Of a DNA stretch of 64,000 nt, positions 22,425 to 36,528 are shown piece by piece. The position numbers and the translations under genes were made by a program. Within the stretch, counting starts at the first letter, position 1; each line of letters starts with the position of its first letter. The notes below the pieces were generated by a model that saw only the letters and a list, made by a program, of their open reading frames with translations, had not been told where the DNA came from and did not search any database. Source of the stretch: Escherichia coli (GTDB lineage: Bacteria > Pseudomonadota > Gammaproteobacteria > Enterobacterales > Enterobacteriaceae); NCBI RefSeq assembly GCF_016026235.1, contig NZ_CP065613.1; one strand, 5' to 3'.

Positions 22425-23865
22425 GGACAAGCTCCTGTTGCGCGGCTTTCGCTTTGCGGCGTAACCACAATCCTTTCAGGACGATAATGAATGAAATGTT
22501 CAGCGCGAGGCCAATCGCCAGCACCAGATAAAACGAACCCACCGGCGACATCAGGCCGATCAGCGGGTCAAAGATACCCAAACCAGGTGCCAGACGTTTG
22601 ATTCCGAAAGCGATCACCAGCACGCCGGTAATACCGCCCGCCAGCGTATTGGCGGTAATCATCGGCAACGGAGCTGCCAGAGCGTAAGGAATAGCCGGTT
22701 CGGTTGCGACTGTGGCACCGACCACAATGGAACTACTGGCAGCCTCTTTTTCCTGTCGGGTAAACAGTTTGGGCGCAATGAACGTCGCAAGACCCGCCGC
22801 GACGGGCGGCATCAGCGCGACAACGCCGACGATGGCGTACCAGTCATAAATGTGTTTTTCCAGCAGTGAGAAGCAGAAGAACCAGGCGGTTTTATTGATG
22901 GGGCCGCCCATATCGAACGCCAGCATCGCACCGACCAGAAACGCTGCCGCAAACTTCATTGATGGAGGAATGGTATTCAGGAAGTGGAGCAGCCCGCCCA
23001 TGAGGTCGGACATCACCGGCCCGATAACGTAGTAAGTGAGCACGCCGAAAACCAGCAGAGTAACGAACGGGATCAGCATTGAACCGAGCAGCGGTTGTAA
23101 TGCTTTGCCAAGGCGCACTTTGCGGAACCAGAAGACGAAATAGCCAATCGCCAGCCCCAGCACCACCGCGCCGAGGAATCCCGCACCCGACTGGGTGCCG
23201 AGCAGCGCTTTGTCGTTCGCCAGATAGCAAACCAGAAACGCCGGAGCGAAAGCCGGTTTATCGGCAATCGACGAGGCAATATAAGCGCCCATGATGGGGA
23301 TCATAAAGGTGAAGCCAAGGTAACCGATGGATTCAACTACCCAGGTAAACGACGGCGCGCCTTTCGACATATCGGTATACGGCAAACCGAACTGCACCAG
23401 CATGTTGGCAAGCGCCACCAGGATACCACCGCCGATGACAAACGGCAGCGCCGCAGAGACGCCCGCCATCAGGTGGCTCATCACGCTGCCGCTTTGCACT
23501 TCCTGTTTGCCAAGCTTCACGCCGCTATCTGCGGCAAAAAGCTGCGAGTTTGTCGGTAATTCGCTGAAAATCTGGTCGATATTTTTCAACGCCTGGGAGA
23601 TGGCAATCTCATAAACTTTCTTCCCGGCAAACCGCGCGCGATCATCACCGCTCAGGCCACGCCCGGTAGCGAGAATGACGTAATCGGCAGCGGCAATCTC
23701 TTCGCTGGATAAGCGGTTTTCAACGCCACTGGACCCTTGAGTTTCCACTTTTATGGTATGACCGAGAGAACGGGCTTTCTGTTCCAGGGCTTCCGCCACC
23801 ATGTAGGTGTGAGCGATCCCGGCGGGGCAGTTGGTGATCGCGACAATACGTAAGGATGACTCCAT
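22414..23865 (-). CDS. frvB: PTS fructose-like EIIBC component
   Basis: ORF 22414..23871; N-terminal IIB with NCPAGIAHT cysteine, C-terminal multi-TM IIC. Confidence 0.85.
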   Translation of the reverse strand: MESSLRIVAITNCPAGIAHTYMVAEALEQKARSLGHTIKVETQGSSGVENRLSSEEIAAADYVILATGRGLSGDDRARFAGKKVYEIAISQALKNIDQIFSELPTNSQLFAADSGVKLGKQEVQSGSVMSHLMAGVSAALPFVIGGGILVALANMLVQFGLPYTDMSKGAPSFTWVVESIGYLGFTFMIPIMGAYIASSIADKPAFAPAFLVCYLANDKALLGTQSGAGFLGAVVLGLAIGYFVFWFRKVRLGKALQPLLGSMLIPFVTLLVFGVLTYYVIGPVMSDLMGGLLHFLNTIPPSMKFAAAFLVGAMLAFDMGGPINKTAWFFCFSLLEKHIYDWYAIVGVVALMPPVAAGLATFIAPKLFTRQEKEAASSSIVVGATVATEPAIPYALAAPLPMITANTLAGGITGVLVIAFGIKRLAPGLGIFDPLIGLMSPVGSFYLVLAIGLALNISFIIVLKGLWLRRKAKAAQQELVHEH

Positions 23866-23875
23866 CGCCACTTCC

Positions 23876-24322
23876 TTATGAGCTGAGGGTTTGATTTAAC
23901 AAGGCAAGCACCTGGTCGGTATCGCCCTGTTGCAGTTGATGAATAAATTCCTTGTGAATAATTTTGCGACACAGTGTGCCGATGATTTTGACCTGATCCT
24001 CTTCGCCGCTTTGCGGCACGCCGAGGCAGATCCAGCAATTGACGTCTTCGCCATCGCTGGCTTTCCAGTCAATAGCCTGCGCTTTGCGGGCGAATAATAC
24101 GAACGGTTGTTTAACGCAGGCGCTTTTACCGTGCGGCACGGCGACACCGGAACCAAATCCAGTAGAGTGCATTTTTTCGCGCAGCAGCAGGGTTTGCAGG
24201 AACTGGTGTGAGTCGGTGATAAAACCGTTTTGTAACGCTATTGTCGCCAACTGCTTCAGAACGGAATAAGCGCCATTGCCCTGAATATTCAGGTCAATAC
24301 AGCTTGCAGTAAGTGCTGCCAT
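23876..24322 (-). CDS. frvA: PTS fructose-like EIIA component
   Basis: ORF track extends to 24451; start placed at MAALTAS (ATG 24322) for a ~148-aa IIA domain. Confidence 0.8.
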   Translation of the reverse strand: MAALTASCIDLNIQGNGAYSVLKQLATIALQNGFITDSHQFLQTLLLREKMHSTGFGSGVAVPHGKSACVKQPFVLFARKAQAIDWKASDGEDVNCWICLGVPQSGEEDQVKIIGTLCRKIIHKEFIHQLQQGDTDQVLALLNQTLSS

Positions 24323-24798
24323 TATTGGACTCCATGAAAAAATATTATTGTTAATTGTAACGGCGGGGCGGTTTTGTGATGAGCGCGGATATGTCGTGAA
24401 GTCGTGACAATATAAGGCAGAGTGAAGGATAAATTTTGCGGTGTAAGGCACATATTGATGGGTTAAATAAATGTTGTGAATAAAAAATCATTATTTAATG
24501 ATTTTGTGAATGTTTAACTGTTGCGGATATTTTTCTGCCACGTTATTTATATTTGTGGCTTATGAGTCAGTTTGAATCATATCTAATATTTTTTACGATA
24601 TTTAGTTAAAAACGGCACTATTGTTATATTCCTCACGTTCCAGGAAATCAGCGGATTTACTCATATTATACGGCGGGATACTATCCATCGGCCTGCTGAA
24701 GTTGGATTAAAAATTCGAAAGTGCACACTTTATATTTCTCTATATACGTATTCCTTTTGGAAAGCGTAGGGCCTCCTTTATTTCAGGGAACGTAAATA

Positions 24799-26193
24799 AT
24801 GAAAAAATCGACATTATCTTTAGCCATCGGTTTATTATTGGCATGTAGTACCGGTATGGCAAAAACACAGCATTTAACGCTGGAACAACGCATGGCATTG
24901 CTGGAAGAACGCCTGGAAGCGGCAGAAATGCGGGCGGCAAAAGCAGAGAGCCAGGTTAAACAGCTGCAGACACAACAAGCCGCTGAGATCCGCGAAATTA
25001 AGGCCGCTCAGGGCAATACGCCGGTAAATGGACAGGCAACGGCGGAATCTGCAAAGAAAAATGCCACCTCACCTAATCTTTTGCTTTCAGGTTATGGCGA
25101 TTTAAAAATCTACGGCGACGTAGAATTTAATATGGATGCGGAAAGTAATCATGGCCTGCTGGCAATGACCAACGCTGATGTGAATAGTGATCCCACTAAT
25201 GAACAGTGGAATCTCAATGGTCGTATTCTGTTAGGTTTTGACGGTATGCGAAAGATGGACAACGGTTATTTCGCCGGGTTCTCCGCACAACCGCTGGGTG
25301 ATATGCACGGTTCAGTAAATATCGATGATGCGGTATTCTTCTTTGGCAAAGAAAACGACTGGAAGGTCAAAGTAGGCCGTTTTGAAGCCTACGATATGTT
25401 CCCGCTGAATCAGGATACCTTTGTTGAACATTCCGGTAATACTGCGAACGATCTTTATGACGATGGCAGCGGTTATATCTATATGATGAAAGAGGGCCGC
25501 GGGCGCTCTAACGCTGGCGGTAATTTCCTCGTCAGCAAACAACTTGATAACTGGTATTTTGAATTAAACACGTTACTTGAAGACGGAACATCTTTATATA
25601 ATGACGGTAATTATCATGGACGCGATATGGAGCAGCAGAAAAATGTTGCTTATCTGCGTCCGGTAATTGCCTGGTCGCCGACGGAAGAATTCACCGTTTC
25701 CGCAGCGATGGAAGCGAACGTGGTAAATAATGCTTATGGTTATACCGATAGCAAGGGTAATTTTGTCGATCAGTCCGATCGTACCGGCTATGGTATGAGC
25801 ATGACCTGGAACGGCCTGAAAACGGATCCGGACAATGGCATTGTGGTTAATCTTAATACCGCCTATTTAGATGCTAATAATGAGAAAGATTTCACTGCCG
25901 GGATTAACGCGCTGTGGAAACGTTTCGAGCTCGGTTATATCTACGCGCACAATAAGATTGATGAATTCAGCGGTGTAGTTTGTGATAACGACTGCTGGAT
26001 TGATGATGAAGGGACGTACACCATTCACACCATTCATGCGTCTTATCAGTTCGCTAATGTGATGGATATGGAGAACTTTAATATTTACCTCGGGACGTAT
26101 TACTCCATTCTGGATAGCGACGGTGATAAAAAACACGGTGATGATACTGATGACCGTTACGGCGCACGCGTTCGCTTTAAATACTTCTTCTGA
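24799..26193 (+). CDS. putative outer-membrane glycoporin (signal peptide, N-terminal coiled coil, beta-barrel ending in Phe)
   Basis: 464-aa ORF; signal MKKSTLSLAIGLLLACSTGMA; heptad-like LEQRMALLEERLEAAEMRAAKAESQVKQLQ; alternating amphipathic strands; C-terminal RFKYFF; no K-12 gene recalled between frvA and rhaM. Confidence 0.6.
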   Translation: MKKSTLSLAIGLLLACSTGMAKTQHLTLEQRMALLEERLEAAEMRAAKAESQVKQLQTQQAAEIREIKAAQGNTPVNGQATAESAKKNATSPNLLLSGYGDLKIYGDVEFNMDAESNHGLLAMTNADVNSDPTNEQWNLNGRILLGFDGMRKMDNGYFAGFSAQPLGDMHGSVNIDDAVFFFGKENDWKVKVGRFEAYDMFPLNQDTFVEHSGNTANDLYDDGSGYIYMMKEGRGRSNAGGNFLVSKQLDNWYFELNTLLEDGTSLYNDGNYHGRDMEQQKNVAYLRPVIAWSPTEEFTVSAAMEANVVNNAYGYTDSKGNFVDQSDRTGYGMSMTWNGLKTDPDNGIVVNLNTAYLDANNEKDFTAGINALWKRFELGYIYAHNKIDEFSGVVCDNDCWIDDEGTYTIHTIHASYQFANVMDMENFNIYLGTYYSILDSDGDKKHGDDTDDRYGARVRFKYFF

Positions 26194-26233
26194 TGAAGGC
26201 GCGGTGCTGGATATTTTCCGGCACCGCAACTCA

Positions 26234-26548
26234 TTAAGGCAGGTAAAACACTTCTTGCAGCTCGCTACTCACCGGGCTGTTATCCGAGTTAGCGGGCATA
26301 ACATCGGTCATATATTTCCACCAACGTTGGCAAACATCAGTACTGGCAACCGCATTCCAGCGTTCTTCAGATTCAATCTCTACCATGGCAAACAGCAGAT
26401 TACGCGCTTTGTCGAGATAGATGGCGTAGTTATGCGCACCGTGAGATTTCAGCACTGCTTCCAGTTCCGGCCAGATGGGATTATGCCGACGCTGATACTC
26501 TTCGTGGGCGTCGGGGTTTACCTGCATGACAAAGGCTTTGCGGATCAT
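26234..26548 (-). CDS. rhaM: L-rhamnose mutarotase
   Basis: 104-aa [25 protein letters not shown]... Confidence 0.9.
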   Translation of the reverse strand: MIRKAFVMQVNPDAHEEYQRRHNPIWPELEAVLKSHGAHNYAIYLDKARNLLFAMVEIESEERWNAVASTDVCQRWWKYMTDVMPANSDNSPVSSELQEVFYLP

Positions 26549-26557
26549 GTTTGCTCC

Positions 26558-27382
26558 TTACAGCGCCAGCGCACTGGCGAGTGGTGTAACGCCGAAACGC
26601 TGGCCGAGCGCTATCAACTCTTCACGGCTGATAGTCTGTTTCATGCCGCCCATCGAATAAACCTTCACTAATACTTGTGCTGATTTTTCTGCGGTGTCGA
26701 TTAAACCGAAGGTTTCATCCAGCGTCGGTCCGGAACCGAACACACCGTGGAAGGGCCACAACACCAGCGAATGTTTTTGCATCTCTTGGGCAGTTGCCTG
26801 GCCGATTTCGTCCGTGCCGGGTACCATCCACGGCAGAATGCCAACGCCATCCGGGAATACCACCAGACACTCGGTGCTGCCTTCCCACAGTTGGCGAGTA
26901 AAGACCGCGGTGTCGTTTTCCAGCACATAGGTGAGGGCGATCAGGTTGGTGGCATGGCAGTGCATGATCACCCGATCTTTACCGTTGGTGGCTTTAATGC
27001 GCTCGCAGTGGGAGAGAAAGTGCGCCGGAAGTTCAGAAGTTGGAACGGCCTCGTTGGTTAACCCCCAGAGAATATGGTAGCCCGCGCCGTCGCTGTCGAC
27101 TTTTACGACGCCTAAGTTAGCCGCAGGATCAAGTTGGACGTTACGGAAGAATTTGCCCGAGCCGGTGACGATAAACGGTGTATTTGCCAGTAAAGGCATG
27201 GGCTGGCTGAGCGGGATATAGCGCGGTTGTGGGTGGAAGTTGTCGTGATAAAGCGCGATATCGGCGTCATCCAGGCGCAGCGTCAGGTTGCCGCCGTTGC
27301 GCTCGTCCCAGCCTTTCAGCCAGGCGTCGGTGGTGGCTTTGATCATTCCCTGGACAAACCAGGACTGGGTAATGTTTTGCAT
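26558..27382 (-). CDS. rhaD: rhamnulose-1-phosphate aldolase
   Basis: ORF track extends to 27553 through REP sequence; start placed at MQNITQSW (ATG 27382) for ~274 aa. Confidence 0.9.
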   Translation of the reverse strand: MQNITQSWFVQGMIKATTDAWLKGWDERNGGNLTLRLDDADIALYHDNFHPQPRYIPLSQPMPLLANTPFIVTGSGKFFRNVQLDPAANLGVVKVDSDGAGYHILWGLTNEAVPTSELPAHFLSHCERIKATNGKDRVIMHCHATNLIALTYVLENDTAVFTRQLWEGSTECLVVFPDGVGILPWMVPGTDEIGQATAQEMQKHSLVLWPFHGVFGSGPTLDETFGLIDTAEKSAQVLVKVYSMGGMKQTISREELIALGQRFGVTPLASALAL

Positions 27383-27423
27383 GTTCTGTGTTCCTGTAAA
27401 TTCGGTGTTGTCAGATGCACGAC

Positions 27424-27644
27424 CCGTAGGCCGGATAAGGCGCTCGCGCCGCATCCGGCAATCAATGCCTGATGCGACGCTGTCGCGTCTTATCAGGCCT
27501 ACAACTATTGCCGACCTGTAGGCCGGATAAGGCACTTGTGCCGCATCCGGCAATCAATGCCTGATGCGACGCTGTCGCGTCTTATCAGGCCTACAACTGT
27601 TGCCGACCTGTAGGCCGGATAAGGCGCTCGCGCCGCATCCGGCA
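27424..27644. repeat. BIME cluster (tandem REP pairs) between rhaD and rhaA
   Basis: About 100-bp unit (gtaggccggataaggcgctcgcgccgcatccggca atcaatgcctgatgcgacgctgtcgcgtcttatcaggcctac) repeated twice plus a partial third copy. Confidence 0.85.
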
Positions 27645-27648
27645 GTGT

Positions 27649-30661
<3,013 letters not shown>

Positions 30662-31498
30662 ATGACCGTATTACATAGTGTGGATTTTTTTCCGTCTGGT
30701 AACGCGTCCGTGGCGATAGAACCCCGGCTCCCGCAGGCGGATTTTCCTGAACATCATCATGATTTTCATGAAATTGTGATTGTCGAACATGGCACGGGTA
30801 TTCATGTGTTTAATGGGCAGCCCTATACCATCACCGGTGGCACGGTCTGTTTTGTGCGCGACCATGATCGGCATCTGTATGAACATACCGATAATCTGTG
30901 TCTGACCAATGTGCTGTATCGATCGCCGGATCGATTTCAGTTTCTCGCCGGGCTGAATCAGTTGCTGCCACAAGAGCTGGATGGGCAGTATCCGTCTCAC
31001 TGGCGCGTTAACCACAGCGTATTGCAGCAGGTGCGACAGCTGGTTGCACAGATGGAACAGCAGGAAGGGGAAAATGATTTACCCTCGACCGCCAGTCGCG
31101 AGATCTTGTTTATGCAATTATTGCTCTTGCTGCGTAAAAGCAGTTTGCAGGAGAACCTGGAAAACAGCGCATCAAGTTTCAACTTGCTTCTGGCCTGGCT
31201 GGAGGACCATTTTGCCGATGAGGTGAATTGGGATGCCGTGGCGGATCAATTTTCTCTTTCGCTGCGTACGCTACATCGGCAGCTTAAGCAGCAAACGGGA
31301 CTGACGCCTCAGCGATACCTGAACCGCCTGCGACTGATGAAAGCCCGACATCTGCTACGCCACAGCGAGGCCAGCGTTACTGACATCGCCTATCGCTGTG
31401 GATTCAGCGACAGTAACCACTTTTCGACGCTTTTTCGCCGAGAGTTTAACTGGTCACCGCGTGATATTCGTCAGGGACGGGATGGTTTTCTGCAATAA
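30662..31498 (+). CDS. rhaS: AraC-family activator of rhaBAD and rhaT
   Basis: 278-aa ORF with cupin-like N-domain and C-terminal AraC HTH. Confidence 0.9.
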   Translation: MTVLHSVDFFPSGNASVAIEPRLPQADFPEHHHDFHEIVIVEHGTGIHVFNGQPYTITGGTVCFVRDHDRHLYEHTDNLCLTNVLYRSPDRFQFLAGLNQLLPQELDGQYPSHWRVNHSVLQQVRQLVAQMEQQEGENDLPSTASREILFMQLLLLLRKSSLQENLENSASSFNLLLAWLEDHFADEVNWDAVADQFSLSLRTLHRQLKQQTGLTPQRYLNRLRLMKARHLLRHSEASVTDIAYRCGFSDSNHFSTLFRREFNWSPRDIRQGRDGFLQ

Positions 31499-31571
31499 CG
31501 CGAATCTTCTCAACGTATTTGTACGCCATATTGCGAATAATCAACTTCGTTCTCTGGCCGAGGTAGCCACG

Positions 31572-32420
31572 GTGGCGCATCAGTTAAAACTTCTCAAAGA
31601 TGATTTTTTTGCCAGCGACCAGCAGGCAGTCGCTGTGGCTGACCGTTATCCGCAAGATGTCTTTGCTGAACATACACATGATTTTTGTGAGCTGGTGATT
31701 GTCTGGCGCGGTAATGGTCTGCATGTACTCAACGATCGCCCTTATCGCATTACCCGTGGCGATCTCTTTTACATTCATGCTGACGATAAACACTCCTACG
31801 CTTCCGTTAACGATCTGGTTTTGCAGAATATTATTTATTGCCCGGAGCGGCTGAAGCTGAATCTTGACTGGCAGGGGGCGATTCCGGGATTTAGCGCCAG
31901 CGCAGGGCAACCACACTGGCGCTTAGGTAGCATGGGGATGGCACAGGCGCGGCAGGTTATCGGTCAGCTTGAGCATGAAAGTAGTCAGCATGTGCCGTTT
32001 GCTAACGAAATGGCAGAGTTGCTGTTCGGGCAGTTGGTGATGTTGCTGAATCGCCATCGTTACACCAGTGATTCGTTGCCGCCAACATCCAGCGAAACGT
32101 TGCTGGATAAGCTGATTACCCGGTTGGCGGCTAGCCTGAAAAGTCCCTTTGCGCTGGATAAATTTTGTGATGAGGCATCGTGCAGTGAGCGCGTTTTGCG
32201 TCAGCAATTTCGCCAGCAGACTGGAATGACCATCAATCAATATCTGCGGCAGGTCAGAGTGTGTCATGCGCAATATCTTCTCCAGCATAGCCGCCTGTTA
32301 ATCAGTGATATTTCGACCGAATGTGGCTTTGAAGATAGTAACTATTTTTCGGTGGTGTTTACCCGGGAAACCGGGATGACGCCCAGCCAGTGGCGCCATC
32401 TCAATTCGCAGAAAGATTAA
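31572..32420 (+). CDS. rhaR: AraC-family activator of rhaSR
   Basis: ORF track opens at 31398; start placed at GTG 31572 (MAHQLKLL, 282 aa); alternative ATG 31482 gives 312 aa. Confidence 0.8.
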
Positions 32421-33451
32421 TTCGCCATGCCGATGCCGACGATGTTAGCGGCGACAATAATCACCACACAACCGAGGCTCAACACCGTTACCGGACGGCG
32501 TCCTGCATTGTTCCACTCTTTCAGCACCAGCCCGACGATACCGCCGCACAATACATAGAAACTCATATGCAGCATCCAACTGATGTAGTCATACTGCGCC
32601 GGAATGCGGGCGTGGCCCCAGGCATAGAAAAAGAATTGCAGATACCACATCAACCCGCCCAGTGCCGAGAGTAACACATTGTGAATGATCAGCGGTTTTG
32701 CCAGCGAGAAGTCGGCTTTTAGCGACAAATCCTTCACTTTTGCCAGACGAATAAAACAGAAACCGAGGTTAATGATCGCGCCGCCGCCCATGATGACAAC
32801 ATAGCTTGGCAGAGCGACATACAGTGGATCGACGCCTGGTGCGGCAGCGGCTTCATGCATCGGTTTTGCGGCGTTCATCGCAAAGGACATCCCGGCAGAG
32901 AAAATGCCGCACATCACCGCCAGCACCAGTCCTTTTTTCAGATTGAACTCTTCGGCTTTAATGCCCATCTTGCGCTCTTTCAACTGCCCGGCTCGAGTTA
33001 CAATCCCTACGCCAATCAGCGCCACCAGAACGCCGAGCAACGTCATGCGTCCGCCTTCGGTGCTAATCAACACATCGAAATTGCCGTTGATAATTGGCGT
33101 CATCAGCGTACCGACAATCAACGTAATGCCAATGGCGATGCCAATTCCCATCGACATGCCGAGATAACGCATGGTCAGGCCGTAGTTGATATTACCGATC
33201 CCCCACATAGCGCCGAACAGAAAAACAGGCAGCAGCGTAGAGAGACTAAACGAGCTGTAATACGCCCAGAAATTCGGTAGTAACAGGGCGCTGATGGCCC
33301 ACGGCAGAATAATCCACGAAACAATCCCACCGACTGACCACATGGTTTCCCATGACCATTTTTTTACTTTTTTGAACGGAGCGTAAAAACAGGCTGCACT
33401 GGCCGCGCCGATCAAATGCCAAAATATCCCCATCGTAATCGCGTTACTCAT
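32417..33451 (-). CDS. rhaT: L-rhamnose:proton symporter
   Basis: 344-aa multi-TM ORF; convergent with rhaR, overlapping by 4 nt. Confidence 0.9.
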
Positions 33452-33641
33452 CTTCTTATCCTCATCATTTTTCGTCGCGTCACATCTCCGACGAGATGAG
33501 TGTAAAAATCGTGCTGTCGATTAACCTTTCGCCTGTTGCCGCCGTTGTCGATTTACTGGCAATCACGGCATTAAGTGGGTGATTTGCTTCACATCTCGGG
33601 CATTTTCCTGCAAAACCATACCCTTACGAAAAGTACGGCAT

Positions 33642-33663
33642 TGATAATCATTTTCAATATCAT
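33642..33663 (+). promoter_or_regulatory. Fur-box-like operator in the sodA promoter
   Basis: tgataatcattttcaatatcat resembles GATAATGATAATCATTATC; a TATAAT hexamer lies just downstream at 33673-33678. Confidence 0.5.
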
Positions 33664-33735
33664 TTAATTAACTATAATGAACCAACTGCTTACGCGGCAT
33701 TAACAATCGGCCGCCCGACAATACTGGAGATGAAT

Positions 33736-34356
33736 ATGAGCTATACCCTGCCATCCCTGCCGTATGCTTACGATGCCCTGGAACCGCACTTCGATAAGCA
33801 GACCATGGAAATCCACCACACCAAACACCATCAGACCTACGTCAACAACGCCAACGCGGCGTTGGAAAGCCTGCCAGAATTTGCCAACCTGCCGGTTGAA
33901 GAGCTGATCACCAAACTGGACCAGCTGCCAGCAGACAAGAAAACCGTACTGCGCAACAACGCTGGCGGTCACGCTAACCACAGCCTGTTCTGGAAAGGTC
34001 TGAAAAAAGGCACCACCCTGCAGGGTGACCTGAAAGCGGCTATCGAACGTGATTTCGGTTCCGTAGATAACTTCAAAGCAGAATTTGAGAAAGCGGCAGC
34101 TTCCCGCTTTGGTTCCGGCTGGGCATGGCTGGTGCTGAAAGGCGATAAACTGGCGGTGGTTTCTACTGCTAACCAGGACTCCCCGCTGATGGGTGAAGCT
34201 ATTTCTGGCGCATCCGGCTTCCCGATTCTGGGCCTGGATGTGTGGGAACATGCTTACTACCTGAAATTCCAGAACCGCCGCCCGGACTACATCAAAGAGT
34301 TCTGGAACGTGGTGAACTGGGACGAAGCAGCGGCACGTTTCGCGGCGAAAAAATAA
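33736..34356 (+). CDS. sodA: manganese superoxide dismutase
   Basis: ORF 33730..34356; start at [18 protein letters not shown]; conserved SOD motifs. Confidence 0.95.
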   Translation: MSYTLPSLPYAYDALEPHFDKQTMEIHHTKHHQTYVNNANAALESLPEFANLPVEELITKLDQLPADKKTVLRNNAGGHANHSLFWKGLKKGTTLQGDLKAAIERDFGSVDNFKAEFEKAAASRFGSGWAWLVLKGDKLAVVSTANQDSPLMGEAISGASGFPILGLDVWEHAYYLKFQNRRPDYIKEFWNVVNWDEAAARFAAKK

Positions 34357-34413
34357 TCATTTGCCGTCTGCTGCAATGAGGCGTTTACGCCGCATATCAG
34401 CTTAAAAAATGAA

Positions 34414-34440
34414 CCATCGCCAATGGCGGTGGTTTTTTTT
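34414..34440 (+). terminator. rho-independent terminator of sodA
   Basis: Hairpin ccatcgcc aatg gcggtgg followed by T8. Confidence 0.8.
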
Positions 34441-34616
34441 GTGATCAATTTCAAAATAAAAACAATGATCCGATAAAAATAAAACAGCGTTTCAATTGAT
34501 GTGGTTTTGATCACTTTTATTGATTAAATGAATGTCTATCTTCGTTTCCATCAACACTGATGCTCCATTGAGGAATTACGCATCAGCCCTTAAAAATATG
34601 CCGACAGGTGATGGAA

Positions 34617-35600
34617 ATGCAGATAAAACGCTCGATTGAGAAAATCCCGGGGGGGATGATGCTCGTCCCGCTATTCCTTGGCGCACTGTGCCACACCTTC
34701 TCGCCGAGGGCGGGGAAATATTTTGGATCATTCACCAACGGGATGATTACCGGTACGGTGCCCATTCTGGCGGTGTGGTTTTTTTGCATGGGGGCGTCAA
34801 TAAAATTAAGCGCGACGGGAACGGTACTGCGTAAATCCGGTACGCTGGTGGTAACTAAAATTGCCGTCGCGTGGGTGGTTGCGGCAATTGCCTCGCGTAT
34901 TATTCCGGAACATGGTGTTGAAGTTGGATTCTTTGCCGGACTTTCAACGCTGGCGCTGGTGGCGGCGATGGATATGACCAACGGCGGACTTTACGCTTCC
35001 ATCATGCAGCAGTACGGCACAAAAGAAGAAGCTGGGGCATTTGTGTTGATGTCGTTGGAGTCCGGGCCGCTCATGACGATGATTATTCTGGGCACTGCAG
35101 GGATTGCCTCGTTTGAACCGCATGTTTTCGTCGGCGCAGTATTACCGTTCCTGGTGGGCTTTGCCCTTGGGAACCTTGACCCTGAATTACGAGAATTTTT
35201 CAGCAAAGCGGTGCAGACGCTGATTCCATTCTTTGCCTTCGCGCTGGGCAATACCATTGATTTGACTGTGATTGCCCAGACTGGTTTGCTGGGGATCCTG
35301 TTGGGTGTGGCAGTAATTATCGTGACCGGTATTCCGTTGATTATCGCCGATAAATTGATTGGCGGTGGCGATGGCACTGCCGGAATTGCCGCTTCCAGTT
35401 CCGCAGGGGCCGCGGTAGCGACACCTGTGCTGATTGCAGAAATGGTGCCTGCGTTTAAACCGATGGCTCCGGCAGCAACTTCGCTGGTAGCGACGGCAGT
35501 CATTGTGACTTCGATTCTGGTGCCAATTCTTACCTCTATCTGGTCACGTAAAGTCAAAGCCAGAGCGGCGAAAATCGAAATTTTAGGTACGGTGAAATAA
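34617..35600 (+). CDS. kdgT: 2-keto-3-deoxygluconate permease
   Basis: ORF 34608..35600; multi-TM; start at [13 protein letters not shown]. Confidence 0.85.
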   Translation: MQIKRSIEKIPGGMMLVPLFLGALCHTFSPRAGKYFGSFTNGMITGTVPILAVWFFCMGASIKLSATGTVLRKSGTLVVTKIAVAWVVAAIASRIIPEHGVEVGFFAGLSTLALVAAMDMTNGGLYASIMQQYGTKEEAGAFVLMSLESGPLMTMIILGTAGIASFEPHVFVGAVLPFLVGFALGNLDPELREFFSKAVQTLIPFFAFALGNTIDLTVIAQTGLLGILLGVAVIIVTGIPLIIADKLIGGGDGTAGIAASSSAGAAVATPVLIAEMVPAFKPMAPAATSLVATAVIVTSILVPILTSIWSRKVKARAAKIEILGTVK

Positions 35601-35748
35601 ACCTGCTTCCTTAATCCCCACCGCCGGATGAACTAACGTTCGTCCGGTTTGCTATTGAGTTCCTGCCTGGATACTTACCGCGAAAACAGCACGCCTGACA
35701 TAAAATAAATATGGTCTAATGGGGAAATTTCTCGTGGAGAGGGAACAG

Positions 35749-36423
35749 ATGCGATATCCGGTTGATGTATACACAGGCAAGATTCAGGCTTATCCCGAAG
35801 GCAAACCCAGCGCAATTGCCAAAATCCAGGTTGATGGTGAGTTGATGCTGACGGAGCTGGGGCTGGAAGGTGACGAGCAGGCGGAGAAAAAGGTTCACGG
35901 CGGACCAGACAGAGCGCTGTGTCATTATCCTCGTGAGCATTATCTCTACTGGGCGCGGGAATTTCCGGAACAGGCGGAGTTGTTTGTGGCGCCTGCGTTT
36001 GGCGAAAATCTCTCAACCGACGGTCTGACGGAAAGTAATGTTTATATGGGCGATATTTTCCGCTGGGGAGAGGCATTAATTCAGGTCAGCCAGCCGCGCT
36101 CGCCTTGCTATAAACTCAATTACCATTTTGATATCAGCGATATAGCGCAGTTGATGCAAAACACGGGTAAAGTGGGATGGTTGTATAGCGTGATAGCGCC
36201 AGGGAAAGTGTCTGCGGACGCGCCGCTGGAGTTGGTTTCCCGTGTCAGCGATGTGACCGTGCAGGAGGCTGCCGCCATCGCATGGCATATGCCGTTTGAT
36301 GACGATCAGTATCACCGTTTACTCTCCGCCGCCGGGTTATCGAAAAGCTGGACGCGGACGATGCAAAAGCGCCGACTGAGCGGCAAGATCGAAGATTTTT
36401 CCCGCCGGTTGTGGGGAAAATAA
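35749..36423 (+). CDS. yiiM: MOSC-domain protein
   Basis: ORF 35719..36423; start at MRYPVDVYTGK. Confidence 0.8.
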   Translation: MRYPVDVYTGKIQAYPEGKPSAIAKIQVDGELMLTELGLEGDEQAEKKVHGGPDRALCHYPREHYLYWAREFPEQAELFVAPAFGENLSTDGLTESNVYMGDIFRWGEALIQVSQPRSPCYKLNYHFDISDIAQLMQNTGKVGWLYSVIAPGKVSADAPLELVSRVSDVTVQEAAAIAWHMPFDDDQYHRLLSAAGLSKSWTRTMQKRRLSGKIEDFSRRLWGK

Positions 36424-36424
36424 C

Positions 36425-36525
36425 CCTCGGAGTGTAGGCCTGATAAGACGCTATCAGCGTCGCATCAGGCATCCTGCTCAAATGCCGGATGCGGCGTAAA
36501 CGCCTTATCCTGCCTACAAATGCGG
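36425..36525. repeat. REP/BIME elements
   Basis: taggcctgataagacgctatcagcgtcgcatcaggc ... gccggatgcggcgtaaacgccttatcctgcctac. Confidence 0.8.
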
Positions 36526-36528
36526 AGT

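Noticed and set aside
27383-27553. N-terminal extension of rhaD to 331 aa
   Set aside because: The extension reads through the BIME/REP repeat array; the internal ATG at 27382 gives the expected aldolase length
27424-27644. Tandem repeats considered as a possible CRISPR array
   Set aside because: Units are REP palindromes with no unique spacers or cas genes; this is a BIME array
31398-31571. Upstream start for rhaR giving 340 aa, overlapping the rhaS 3' end
   Set aside because: The ORF-track start is a non-ATG codon inside rhaS; GTG 31572 (or ATG 31482) gives the accepted RhaR length
34991-35557. 188-aa minus-strand ORF inside kdgT
   Set aside because: Antisense to the kdgT permease gene; mirror-image hydrophobic translation is a known artefact of membrane-protein genes
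35675-36076. 133-aa minus-strand ORF overlapping yiiM
   Set aside because: Antisense to yiiM; Pro/Arg-rich spurious translation
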